From NCBI GenBank assembly GCA_045590575.1, contig JAZNRG010000155.1:1-45127 (forward strand): a stretch of DNA of 45,127 nt, given 5' to 3'. This stretch comes from Acutalibacteraceae bacterium. GTDB taxonomy: Bacteria > Bacillota > Clostridia > Oscillospirales > Acutalibacteraceae. The position numbers and the translations under genes are program-made. Every line of letters starts with the position of its first letter. Position 1 is the stretch's first letter. The notes beneath the pieces are model-generated. The model was not told where the DNA came from. It did no database searches and saw nothing but the letters and a program-made list of their open reading frames with translations. Below, one piece after another: positions 9,074-20,200 of this stretch.

Positions 9074-11020
9074 ATGAAAAGAATAATATCCTTACTTCTG
9101 ATTTTATCAATGCTGTTTATGATTCCGTTTGAGGTTTCCGCTCAGGGCGATTCTTATGACACGGGAATTGTTGATTTGCCTCAGAAATCAAACACCTCAA
9201 CCGAAACCCGTACCCGTAAAAAGGTTGACGGACTCCGTATGTACGTTGACGAAGAAAACCCGCTGTTTATGATAAGAAACTGCCCGATATGGGGCGGTCC
9301 GCAAACGGGTGAATCATTTGCGGAATATGCAATAAAAACATATTATGCACTTCCCGAGGATATAAGAAACTTTGCTGTTATTTATATTGACGAGGGCACA
9401 ACGGATATGACCCCCGCCCGTCAGCTTGAATTCTGGGACGAGCTTTTAACTGTTACAGATGCGGCAAATGTTCCGATTGTTTGTCAGAGTGAATGCTTCT
9501 GCACCAACAAAACCCGAGACCCCTTTACCCAGGAAGAGCTTTCAGCCGTATTCAAAAAGCATCCGTCACTCATCGGGTTTGTTCAGGTTGAGCTTTCAAC
9601 GAACGGTGTTACCAACGAAAAGCTCGCTTACGATGAAGTAACGGAAGATAACGGTGTTAATAAAAATATCCTTGCAAGACTCAAATCCTGCATAAAAGCC
9701 TGTGCCGAAAACGGCGGACTTTTTATCTGGCAGGATATGGAATATATTTACCGCAAAAAGCTCAATTATGTTAACCATATTCTCAGGGACAGAGAGCTCT
9801 ATGACCTGCTCAAGGCAAACACAGAAAACATTATTATAATGGATAAACACAACGGCCACGGCAGGCATTTTGCGAGCCAGTCCAACATTCTCGGTTGCTG
9901 GCTCGATGATGTTTGCGGCAACTGGGGTGTAAATCTCGAAAACTTCCTTTGGTATGAAGAAGGATTCATAGAATATGACGATATCGGAGTAAAACCGAAC
10001 GAACCCGACCCGATTACCACAGCAAAATATCCGCCCGCCCTTTTCGGCATTGATATGATTGCCGACCTTGTAGGCGGTGCAACGGTTTATGCGATTGAGG
10101 GCACATTCAGCAGAGGCGGTCTTTATCATTTCGTTGACGGTGAAGTTATTATGACTCCGACGTTCTGGGATGTTCTTTATCCCATTTATCAGATGATTCT
10201 GAACGGTGCCGTACCAAGCAAAGAACAGGTAAAAGAAAAAATCAAGGTTGCCTATAAAATGACTTCGCCTGCATTCTGGGCACTCAGCGGCAACGATGCC
10301 CATCTTCTGCAGGGACTTTACTGCGATACATTCAGCTTTATCCAGGAAAAATTTGATATTACTCCGTATTTCGACTGCTCAAAAACCTGGGTTCCGTCAA
10401 CGGGAAGATATCATATAATCCCGATTCTTCCTATTTATTCGAATCCCGAGGAAGTGCTGCCCGAGAGTGAAATTCTCAATGATTTCAGTTATTTCTTCAA
10501 TCTTCTTTTCATCAATCCCATCAAAACAAAGTTCTTTGATAAATATTACGAAGAAACCTACAAGGGCGACGGCGTTCTGTTTGACATAAATGACTATGTT
10601 TATATTTTCAACAGCAACGAAAACAAAACAATCGACAGCGAACAGACGGTAACCTACACCCTGCCCGAAAGCAAGAAAGAAATCAACGCATCCTTTGTTG
10701 CTCACACCTATGCGATAATCAATGAATCCGAAGAAAAGATTGAGATTGATTTATGCAATCTCCGTCTTGACACTGATGCCGTCTGCCACGGACTTGAAAA
10801 TGAAGACCAGTTTATGAGAGCCTATGCCGCAGGCGGAAAGATGAATAATCCCAACGATTTCAGAACCTCGGTCATCACTCTTTCGGGCTTTGAAACAGCT
10901 CCGAGCGTCAACGCATGGGGTTCAAACGGTGCAAAAGGCAGAGCCGAATGGAATGCCGAAACACAGACTCTTACTTTAACCGTTATCTGTAACGGCGAAG
11001 TGAGAATAACGGTTGAGTGA
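9074..11020 (+). CDS. Secreted glycoside hydrolase family 98-like protein
   Basis: Signal peptide MKRIISLLLILSMLF after a GGGAG RBS. GCWL..CGNWG...WYEEG, GGATVYAIE, TGRYHIIP and YIFNSNEN segments resemble GH98 catalytic and C-terminal domains. Confidence 0.65.
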   Translation: MKRIISLLLILSMLFMIPFEVSAQGDSYDTGIVDLPQKSNTSTETRTRKKVDGLRMYVDEENPLFMIRNCPIWGGPQTGESFAEYAIKTYYALPEDIRNFAVIYIDEGTTDMTPARQLEFWDELLTVTDAANVPIVCQSECFCTNKTRDPFTQEELSAVFKKHPSLIGFVQVELSTNGVTNEKLAYDEVTEDNGVNKNILARLKSCIKACAENGGLFIWQDMEYIYRKKLNYVNHILRDRELYDLLKANTENIIIMDKHNGHGRHFASQSNILGCWLDDVCGNWGVNLENFLWYEEGFIEYDDIGVKPNEPDPITTAKYPPALFGIDMIADLVGGATVYAIEGTFSRGGLYHFVDGEVIMTPTFWDVLYPIYQMILNGAVPSKEQVKEKIKVAYKMTSPAFWALSGNDAHLLQGLYCDTFSFIQEKFDITPYFDCSKTWVPSTGRYHIIPILPIYSNPEEVLPESEILNDFSYFFNLLFINPIKTKFFDKYYEETYKGDGVLFDINDYVYIFNSNENKTIDSEQTVTYTLPESKKEINASFVAHTYAIINESEEKIEIDLCNLRLDTDAVCHGLENEDQFMRAYAAGGKMNNPNDFRTSVITLSGFETAPSVNAWGSNGAKGRAEWNAETQTLTLTVICNGEVRITVE

Positions 11021-11041
11021 TTTTATCACAAAAAAACACCA

Positions 11042-11069
11042 AAACGGCGCAACACAGATTGCACCGTTT
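11042..11069. terminator. Hairpin between convergent genes
   Basis: AAACGGCGCAA-cacaga-TTGCACCGTTT. Confidence 0.5.
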
Positions 11070-11161
11070 CCGTAAAAAACAATATTCAGTTTTAATTTGC
11101 CGTAAAGCATAGAGCTGCTCTTTATCCGCACTCTCCGCTTTACGGCTTTTCTTTCGCCCTG

Positions 11162-11389
11162 TTATCCGAGCTCATCTTCAACAACATCGTCCAAATGGCA
11201 AATCTCGAGTTCAACTTCATTGCACATATCAACAAAATCAACAGCTCTCTGCCTTTCGAAGAACAAATCCGGATATGATGCCTGCGTATTTCCGAGCGAA
11301 TCTTTGGCGGAAATGCCGAAAACATCGTGGATTATCCCCTCTTCGTCTTCGAGTCCGCTTTCTTCAAGGAAATAATATATTTCATTCAT
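11162..11389 (-). CDS. Small acidic protein (DUF6514-like), 75 aa
   Basis: MNEIYYFL...FGIS...DLFFERQRAVDFVDMCNEVELEICHLDDVVED. The start overlaps the XRE stop (ATGAATGA). Confidence 0.65.
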   Translation of the reverse strand: MNEIYYFLEESGLEDEEGIIHDVFGISAKDSLGNTQASYPDLFFERQRAVDFVDMCNEVELEICHLDDVVEDELG

Positions 11390-11615
11390 CACTCTTATCT
11401 TTTTTCGGGTTGCCGATGATATCGTCAACAGAGCTTTTGAATTGCTCCGCAATGTTAACAACTGTTTGCAGGCTCGGCAAAACAACTCCGTTTTCTATAT
11501 TGCATACGGTTCTTGCGGAGGTATCGATTGTTTCCGCAAACCCCTCCTGAGACTTATGCGCAGACTTCCTTATTTCCTTGATTTTGTTTCCGATTAATTT
11601 TGCATCTAACTCCAT
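11382..11615 (-). CDS. XRE-family helix-turn-helix regulator
   Basis: IGNKIKEIRK...SQEGFAE...VCNIENG..LPSLQTV. GAGGTG RBS before the ATG at 11615. Confidence 0.9.
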   Translation of the reverse strand: MELDAKLIGNKIKEIRKSAHKSQEGFAETIDTSARTVCNIENGVVLPSLQTVVNIAEQFKSSVDDIIGNPKKDKSDE

Positions 11616-11733
11616 TAAAATCACCTCGCAGTATCTTATCATCAGACAATAATTTTTACCACGAAACACATTTCCGTTTTTTACAAATTTTGGTGTTTTT
11701 TACGGTTTACAAGCAGTAAATTGCCTGTATCCG

Positions 11734-11761
11734 TATATGAACCTTATCTGTGTTTGTTACA
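11734..11761 (-). promoter_or_regulatory. Putative ECF-sigma promoter for the XRE gene
   Basis: TGTAAC-16 nt-CATATA on the minus strand; same architecture as 12555-12582. Confidence 0.55.
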
Positions 11762-11906
11762 TCGAAAAAACATTCAAAGAGCAATCTTCTGTGTTTTGCA
11801 CAAAAATGCGGGGCGATTTCTGTGAATAATTGCCACAAATCAGAGGGTAACCTCGTTTCTCTGACGGCCAATTATCTGAAAAACAATTTATTCCGTTCAA
11901 CATTTT

Positions 11907-11935
11907 TTGACAAAATATTTCCTGGTTGCTATAAT
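11907..11935 (+). promoter_or_regulatory. Consensus sigma-A promoter for the ECF sigma gene
   Basis: TTGACA-17 nt-TATAAT with extended -10 TG. Confidence 0.8.
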
Positions 11936-11977
11936 CATCAGAGAATATAAACAACTTTGCAAAAGGTGTGATATAAG

Positions 11978-12526
11978 TTGATAACTGCTGAAAGATCGGC
12001 GGAAATTGCACGCATATACTATAACGACCTGAACAACTATATTTCAAAACGAATCAAAAACAAATATGATGCCGAGGATATTGCCCAGGATGTTTTCCTT
12101 TTGTTTCAGGAACGCTACACAGACCTTGACGATGATAATATCAGAGCGTGGCTCTATAAAGTTGCCGATAACAAAATCAAAGAGAAATACAGAGAAATTG
12201 CAAAGCAGGAGAAAATACGCCTTCTCTCGCTATTCCCGGGTTATGAAAAAAGCGCTGATGTTGTTTATGAAATGGAAGAAGATTATAAAATAACCGATGA
12301 TGAGCTTGAAGAAAAGAAGAAAACCGTTATGGAATCCCTCACCGAAAAGGAACTGAAGCTTTTCGAAATGGTTTATAACAAGCATCTGGAATATAAAGAG
12401 CTTGCAAAAGCTCTTGAAATAACCGAAAGCAACGCAAGGGTAAGAGTTTGCAGACTCAGAGCCAAAATCAGCGAAAAAACATCCTATCTGTTCATGGCAA
12501 TTCTGCTTCTTCTTATGCGAATTTAA
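11978..12526 (+). CDS. ECF-type sigma-70 factor
   Basis: Region 2 DAEDIAQDVF...RAWLYKVADN and region 4 LTEKE...EYKELAKALEITESNARVRVCRLR. Confidence 0.9.
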   Translation: MITAERSAEIARIYYNDLNNYISKRIKNKYDAEDIAQDVFLLFQERYTDLDDDNIRAWLYKVADNKIKEKYREIAKQEKIRLLSLFPGYEKSADVVYEMEEDYKITDDELEEKKKTVMESLTEKELKLFEMVYNKHLEYKELAKALEITESNARVRVCRLRAKISEKTSYLFMAILLLLMRI

Positions 12527-12554
12527 AAAAATTAAAATTTTTTCAAAAATTTTT

Positions 12555-12582
12555 TGTAACAAAACCGTATTTCCTTCATATA
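12555..12582 (+). promoter_or_regulatory. Putative ECF-sigma promoter for the anti-sigma gene
   Basis: TGTAAC-aaaaccgtatttcctt-CATATA. Confidence 0.55.
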
Positions 12583-12639
12583 TAGGTGAAGGAGGTAAAA
12601 AGTTTAACGAATCATAAATGCACGGAGGTGAAATATTCC

Positions 12640-13440
12640 ATGGAAAACAACCGCGATAAGACCGCAAAGCAGAGCCTTAAGGACAAGCTTATGGCAATAA
12701 TCCTGCTCGAATCCGAAAAGGATTACAGAGAAATGGACAGCGAGCTTATAAAAGAATGCGTTGATTTTCTTATGGAGCTTGACGGAGAAGAAGGACTGAG
12801 TAAGAAAGAAATTGAACAAAGAGTTGCCGCAATACCGTTCAAGGGCAAGGTGACCGCAATAAACTCATACGCCAAGAAGAAAATGAGGGCAAAGAGGCTT
12901 GCTGTTGTTGCCGCCGTTCTTGCATTTATTATCGCACTCTTTGGTATTCTCGCCATTGCATCGGGCAGCACCACCTCGGAATTGCTGAGGCAGGTCGGTC
13001 AGACCATCCACAGCTGGTTTGAGGGCGGCTCGGTTGATTATGGCGATATAACCGTCATAAAACCTGACGGAACCAGAACATATTCATCGCTTGAAAAACT
13101 TGAAGAAAGCGAAGAACTTAATATATTGTACCCAACGTGGTTACCTGAAAATGAAAAGATTATCAAGGTTTGGTATATTGTGGAAGATGAATCGGAAAGA
13201 TACTTGTTACAAAGCAACAATCCGCTTCACAGCATAGAAATTGATATAGATACAGATTTGTCAGAAAGCCAAAAATTAAACTGCGATAAAAAAGAAATTG
13301 CTGGACACTCTATACACTACAAAGAAACAGTTCAGTATATACAAGCTAATTTTACTTATATGAATAATCGATATGCTATACAGTCAGATACTGAAGATAA
13401 TCTTTTCAGAATAATTGAAAATCTGAAGGAGATTAACTGA
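12640..13440 (+). CDS. Putative membrane anti-sigma factor (DUF4367-like)
   Basis: Follows the ECF sigma gene; GGAGGTG RBS. One TM helix (LAVVAAVLAFIIALFGILAIA), a YPTWLPE motif and C-terminal LFRIIENLK. Confidence 0.7.
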   Translation: MENNRDKTAKQSLKDKLMAIILLESEKDYREMDSELIKECVDFLMELDGEEGLSKKEIEQRVAAIPFKGKVTAINSYAKKKMRAKRLAVVAAVLAFIIALFGILAIASGSTTSELLRQVGQTIHSWFEGGSVDYGDITVIKPDGTRTYSSLEKLEESEELNILYPTWLPENEKIIKVWYIVEDESERYLLQSNNPLHSIEIDIDTDLSESQKLNCDKKEIAGHSIHYKETVQYIQANFTYMNNRYAIQSDTEDNLFRIIENLKEIN

Positions 13441-13441
13441 T

Positions 13442-13828
13442 ATGAAAAAAATTATTGCTCTTGTTCTTGTTATAGTTTCCCTCTTTTCCGCAATGTCAAT
13501 TTCCGTTTATGCGGAAAACACAAATAAAAATACCGTTACGGTTACCGTAAACGAAACCGTTTTTATTTTTAATGCAAACACCACAGAAGAATTTAGAAGT
13601 AAAGCAATTGCTCATTATTTCAACCACGAAAATGACGGTGTCGCCTACGGTCTTACCTGTACCCTTTTCGGTCATAAGCTTGAGTCCTCGGTCATGACAA
13701 CCATAACACACAAAGCAAGTTCAACCGATCCCAGATGCCTTCGCGAAACATTTAACGTAGAAGTATGCACCAGATGTGATTATACAAATCCCATTCTGAT
13801 TGGTTCAACATACATTTCCTGCTGCTAA
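13442..13828 (+). CDS. Small secreted Cys/His-rich protein
   Basis: Signal peptide ending VYA-E; CTLFGH...C...CTRC...CC. Confidence 0.8.
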   Translation: MKKIIALVLVIVSLFSAMSISVYAENTNKNTVTVTVNETVFIFNANTTEEFRSKAIAHYFNHENDGVAYGLTCTLFGHKLESSVMTTITHKASSTDPRCLRETFNVEVCTRCDYTNPILIGSTYISCC

Positions 13829-13877
13829 GCAAATCATTTTTGCCGATGCGCTTTAACAAAAATCGGCAACAAGCATC

Positions 13878-14017
13878 GCCTCCCTCATTGAGGGAGGTGG
13901 ATTTTGCGAAGCAAAAGACGGAGGGAGTAATAGCCGGAAAGCCAGATATATCAACGGTTTTTCACGCAAAACCCCAAACTCCCTCAGGCGTACCGCCAGC
14001 TCCCTCTTGAGGGAGCC
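13878..14017. repeat. REP-like palindromic intergenic element, copy 1
   Basis: CTCCCTC/GAGGGAG hairpins at both ends. 38 bp (13890-13927) is identical to the reverse complement of 40902-40939. Confidence 0.8.
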
Positions 14018-14070
14018 GTAACGGTAAGCTCAATTTTATAACTGACAATTATATATTACAGATGAACAAA

Positions 14071-14099
14071 GGGACTGTTTTTACAGTCCCCATTTTTTT
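14071..14099 (+). terminator. Rho-independent terminator
   Basis: GGGACTGT-tttt-ACAGTCCC followed by a T7 tract. Confidence 0.75.
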
Positions 14100-14162
14100 G
14101 TGCAAAAATCCGTGCGCTGTTTTGGAAAAAGTTAAAGAAACCCGTATTTTGTAACATTTCGC

Positions 14163-14191
14163 TTGATTTTACTTTTTGATTTTGTTATAAT
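14163..14191 (+). promoter_or_regulatory. Sigma-A promoter for the GH2/RiPP-like run
   Basis: TTGATT-17 nt-TATAAT with extended -10 TG. Confidence 0.6.
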
Positions 14192-14285
14192 ATGATGTAA
14201 TTTTATTTTATAATAGGATAAATATTTTGTTTTACTATTAAAAATGATTTTTATAGGAAATATATAGACTTTGGGAGGTCTGTTT

Positions 14286-17200
14286 ATGAAGATTGCGAAA
14301 AAGGTTCTGGCTGTTGTGCTCTGCACGGTGATGATTGCCTCAACGATGATGAACGAAGGATGGTCATCGGTTCTGCAGTCAATCAGAGCATCTGCTGTAG
14401 CAGGTCAGGAGCAGAGCTATAACGACGCAAGAGTTGAACTCGATTTCAACAAGGGCTGGAAATTCGCTTTCAGCGAAGATTCGGCATCCTACCTGAAAGG
14501 CTTTGACGATTCCGGCTGGGAGGATGTTGACCTTCCCCACGATTTCAGCATCAGCCAGGGTTTCTCCGCAACCGGCACCGAAGCTGAAAGCGGAAACATT
14601 CCCGGCGGTACGGGTTGGTACAGGAAATGGTTCAATCTTTATGAATATTACACCGGCGACTGCATCACCATTGACTTCGACGGTGCGTATCAGCACGCTT
14701 ATGTTTATGTTAATGGACAGTACGTAGGCGAAAACCATTACGGTTACAACAGCTTTTCTATCGAAATTTCAGATTACCTTATCTGTTCAAACACCGCCCT
14801 CAATCTTATCGCAGTTAAAGTTGTTAACGATATCCCCTCAAGCCGTTGGTATTCGGGTTCAGGTATCAACAGAGACGTAAAACTCACAATCAAAGGACCC
14901 GTTCACGTTTCTCTCTACGGCCCGCAGGTAACAACTCCCAATATTGCAAGCGGCGACGGCACTGCGAAAGCAGAAGTTACAATGCATAACGACACATCAA
15001 TTTCCAAGAAGGTCACCGTTGAAACAACAATTCTTGATGATAACCACAATGTTGTCGGCGAAACCGTTACTTCTTCTCTCGTTACCGTGCCTGCAGAATC
15101 GGAATACACCGTCACTCTCGAACCGAAGGTTGCATCTCCCAAACTCTGGAGCATCGACACTCCCAATCTTTATAAACTCAAAACCGTTATCAAAAACGAA
15201 GCAGGCGAGATTATCGATGAATATCACACAACATTCGGCTACCGCTATATCAAATGGGACAAAGACAACGGTTTCTCCCTCAATGGCGAATTAATAAAAC
15301 TCAAGGGCGTCAGCCTTCATCATGACCAGGGTGCTCTCGGCGCAATTCAGGAATACGATGCGATTTACCGTCAGCTCTCAATTCTTAAAGATATGGGCTG
15401 TAACGCAGTCCGCACAACACATAACACCACCTCAAGAGTTCTGATTGATATCTGTAACAAGCTCGGCATTCTCGTTATGGAAGAATTCTTTGACGGCTGG
15501 GATGCTGAAAAGAACTTCAACACCAACGATTTCAGCGTTTATTTCAACGAAACATTAAAAGAAAATAATCAGCTTATCGGTGCAAAAGGTCAGAAATGGT
15601 TTGAATTCGTTGTTGAGCAGACTATTCTCCGCGACAGACACGACCCCTGCATCATTGCATGGGGTGTCGGCAACGAATTATACAATATCACCAATGACGG
15701 CGTTCTCTCCGAAACAGCCAATTATGAAAATATCGTCAAATCCATTGTCAAAATAAGAGACGAGCTCGACCCTGATATCTTTCTTGTTCAGGGCAACAAC
15801 AAATCCCATGCAGAACCCACCGTTCTGGTTGACGGTTATATGGATATTACCGGTGCCAACTACAGCCCTGCAGACTGGGCATGGCTCATTGGTGAAACCG
15901 ATGATTTCAGAGCTTCAAAACCTTTTGTTGCAACAGAGGCTGCATCCGCAAACAACAGCCGAGGCGTTTATTACACAATGTCAAAAGACGATGCCACTCA
16001 TCAGTGTACCGCTTATGATACATATGCGGTTGAGTGGGGTGAAGAAGCAGCCGAAGCCTGGTATTATGTTGCCACAAACGACTTTTTCTCGGGTGAATTC
16101 GTCTGGACGGGTTTTGACTACATCGGCGAAACCACTCCCTGGATGGAATGGGTAGGACCCAACCCGAACCTCGTTCCCAACTCATCCTACTTTGGTATTG
16201 TTGATACCGCAGGTTTTGCAAAAGACTCATACTATCTCTACAGAAGCTGGTGGAATGAAAAAGACACAACTCTCCACCTTGTTCCCGGTTCGTGGAACGA
16301 TGAAAATCTTCTTCTCAACAACGGTTATGTAAATGTTGCGGTTTACAGCAACGCAAAGAAGATTGAGCTTCTTCTCAACGGCAATGTTATCGCAACCGCA
16401 ACATCAACAGTTACAACCACTCCCGCAGGTTATACATACAGAACCTGGACCGAAAGCATAACAGACAGCTCAAAATGCTCAATCGGCAATTTCTACACAG
16501 AAGCAGGAGCAAACTTCTATTCGCAGTTCAGCGTTAAATATGAAGAAGGCACTCTCTCCGTCAAGGCATATGACGAAAACGGAGCTGAAATCGCAGACAC
16601 CGTCGGTTCATCAAAATCCGTTTCAGGCGAAGCAACACAGATTGCAGTTAACACCTGGCAGGACAGAAACACCTACGTTGCAGACGGCGGTGAATATATC
16701 TACCTTGAATTCGAAGCAAGAGATGCAGACGGCAATTTTATGAATGACTACAACGGCACTCTCAGCTTCAAGGTTGACGATCAGTCGGCAAGATACGCAA
16801 AGATCGTGGGCGTTGATAACGGCAACCCCGCAACAACCGAAAAATTCCAGCAACCTTCAGTTCTCAAGTCCGATTCTGAAGCAGAATTCAAGATGTTCAA
16901 CGGCAAAGCTCTCGTAATCCTCAAAACAACCGAAGAAGAAGGCACAATCAACTTCACAGCCATCGCATCCGATAACGGAACATCATTCTCAACAGAAGGC
17001 GTTACCGTTACATCGGTAAGTGAAACAGGCATCAGACTTACCGACGAGTTTGAAGAAGTTGTTATTCAGAACGGTGATGAATACGAAGTAACCCTTTTCG
17101 ACGAATACGAAATGGTTAAACACCATATCAACGAGCTTGAACCTCCAGTTAACACAGGCGGCGATTCAATAAGTTCGGATAAATTTGTGATTTACCAGCC

Positions 17201-20200
17201 TTCCGCAAGCGCAACCCAGTATATACCCAACGGTAATTATGCAATCAGCGCCAACAAAGTTCTTATGTCAAGCGAAGTATTTGACGGCTGGGCTGTTTCA
17301 AAAAGCACCGACATCAGCGATATTGATTGGGCAAGCGGTTCAACATATCCGTACGACAGCTTCGACACAATCGACAGCAACGTTTTCACCTTCACTCATG
17401 TGGGTAACAACAAATACTATATCCAGAACAACATCACCAAAGACTATCTTACAAGAAACACTTATATGGTGGTGCTCGGTTCAGAACCCCACGCATTCAC
17501 AGTTGATCTGAACGATGACGGATCTCTCATGATTTATTCAGAAGATCCCTACCCGAATTATTATATAGCTCAGGGTTATGATCCCTTTGAATTCAAGCCC
17601 CAAGAAAGCGACAGCGCAAAAATCTGGCTCTATTCTGCACCGAAAAAGGCTTCAGACGACACTACTGAAGAAGAGCCTGCCGTTCCCGAAAAGTACGTGC
17701 TCAAGCTCGTTGATTCAACCCTCCCCAACGGCGAATACGTTCTCAACATCAGCAACACAGTTATGTCAGACGAAGTGTATGCAACATGGGCTGTGGCTGC
17801 AGACACCGCAGTAACAGGCGTTGAATGGGCAAGCGCAGATGATCCCTACAAATATTTAAGCCTTAACACAAGCGCAGACAATATTTATGAGTTCACTAAC
17901 CGAGGCGGCAACAAATATTACATTCAGAACAAGCACACAGGCGAATATCTCTGTGTAAAAGACTATTGCTTATGGCTCGGTGAAGATCCGTTTGAATTCA
18001 CCGTTAACGTTAATAATAACGGCTCAATCGAAATTTCTTATACTGCCGCAAACGGAACCACATATCCCATTTTCCGTGAATGGGAATATTACGGTTTTGA
18101 ACAGCCCTATGAGGACTACAACACCACAATCTGGCTTTATGAGCCTCAGTATCCCGAATCGGGAGACGGCGACGATACAGGTGACAGCGGCAACGTGAGC
18201 GGAGATTATCTTGAAAGAAAAGCTCTTTATGATATTCTTCATGAAGGTATCGAATACGATTATTCCGAATACACACGAGCAAGCTATGAAGCTTTGCTTG
18301 AAAAGCTCGAAGCGGGCGTTGCGGTTTACAAAAAAGCCGACGCTACCAAGGAAGAGCTTGCAGCCGCAACCGCAGCAATCAAAGCTGCAATCCAGGGTCT
18401 TAAACTGGATGTCAAAAAAATCGACGGCACTCTTTTCAAATACGGCTATAACAACTCAACAGGCACGGCTGATTATTCAAGCGGTGGTATTCTGATGAAT
18501 GATATTGCCGTAAAACAAATGAAGACGGCTATCCTTGCAAACGAAAACATTCTGAACCAGATCAAAGAAATCATCGGTTACAACGACGCAAGCTTCGGCT
18601 GGACTGGAACCAAAGCAGACGAAGTTCTCGAAAAAGCCGTTGAACTGTACGCAGAGATTTACACCATGCAGTTCACAGGCGTGCCTTACACAGGTTCACC
18701 CGACAGAAACGGTGTTTCAAACTCAAGCTATCTGTATAAAGACACCACAATCACTCCCCTTACCGCATGGAACATCTGGACAAAAGCAAACACCCACGGC
18801 GCAACTGACCCCGTCGGCATCCACGACGGTGTTTCGCTCCAGGGTCTTGCAAGCTCAACTCTCGATGACGGTGTCATAACCTCTCATTCCGCTTATACAT
18901 CCGCCCTCTCATATGCGAACGACGGCCCCGAAGAGGGTGATTCAACCATGTATGATATCGAATATTATACATACGGCTTCGACACCGGTTCACAGTATAA
19001 AGAAGTAACTCTCGAATATCTTTCGGGCATCAGCGTTTATTTCCCCGATTTGTTCACAAAGGAAAGCCTTGATGTAAACGGCAACGCAACCGAAGCAACA
19101 TCGGGTCAGTTCTCGAAATATTATTGGGATACCGAATTCCCCATGTTCATCAGCACCGATGAATACGGCGTAAACACTTATCATTACGACAGTAAAGACA
19201 CTCAGTATCTTATCCAGGCTTCGTTCAACGATGCCGAACATAAGGTAAACATGGAACTCAACGACGTCGGTAAATGGTGGGTTAACGGCCCCAACAACGG
19301 TAACGGCTCAGGCTTCTTCCCCTTCAACTATAAGCAGGGAACAACCAATTATAATGGTGAAGACGCAGTTTATCACTACGGCTTCACATTCGAGCATAGC
19401 TTCTATATTCCCAAGGGCGGTAAACACGTTAACGGAGAAGACGTTATATTCAACTTCTCAGGCGACGACGACGTTTACGTTTACATCGACGGCGTTCTTG
19501 TTCTTGATAACGGCGGTCTTCACGGTGCCCGTGCGGCAAATATCAACTTCACGGAATGTTCAATCAATTATCAGTATGCAATGGACGTTGCTGACGGTCA
19601 GCTCAAGGGCGGAGAATATGAAACAACGTATTCTTACAACGCTTATATCGAAGACCCCGATGCAACGGGATATAACGCAGACACAATCGCCGCAATCAAC
19701 AAGCTTCACGAAGTTATTTCCGACGGCGAAGTTCATACTCTGAACTTCTTCTATCTTGAACGAGGTGCATCCGACTCCAACTGTCTGATATCGTTCAACC
19801 TTTCCGAGACATCGGAAGAAGTTAAAATCATCGACCAGAATCTTACTCTCGACTACGGTCTTCCAGTTGAATACGATATCACCGAAAACAACGTGATTTC
19901 GCAGGCCGCTCTTGATAACGGCGTTGAAATTGAGTATCTCGGTATTTGTGCAGTAAACATAGATTACACTCCGACCTACACATTTGAATTGCCAAAAATA
20001 ATTATTCCTTTTGAAGATGATGTCACTTACACCATTGACGGAATGAAATACGGCACCTGCACGATTGACAACAAGGGTAACGTTTCCTACTCCCTTGAAT
20101 CAACCAATATGAAGGAATCGGAAAACTTCTATGTTGTTGCCAAAATCACGGGTGACCCGACTTATGCGGAAGAAGTTGTTTACTATCAGGTAGAAAAAAC

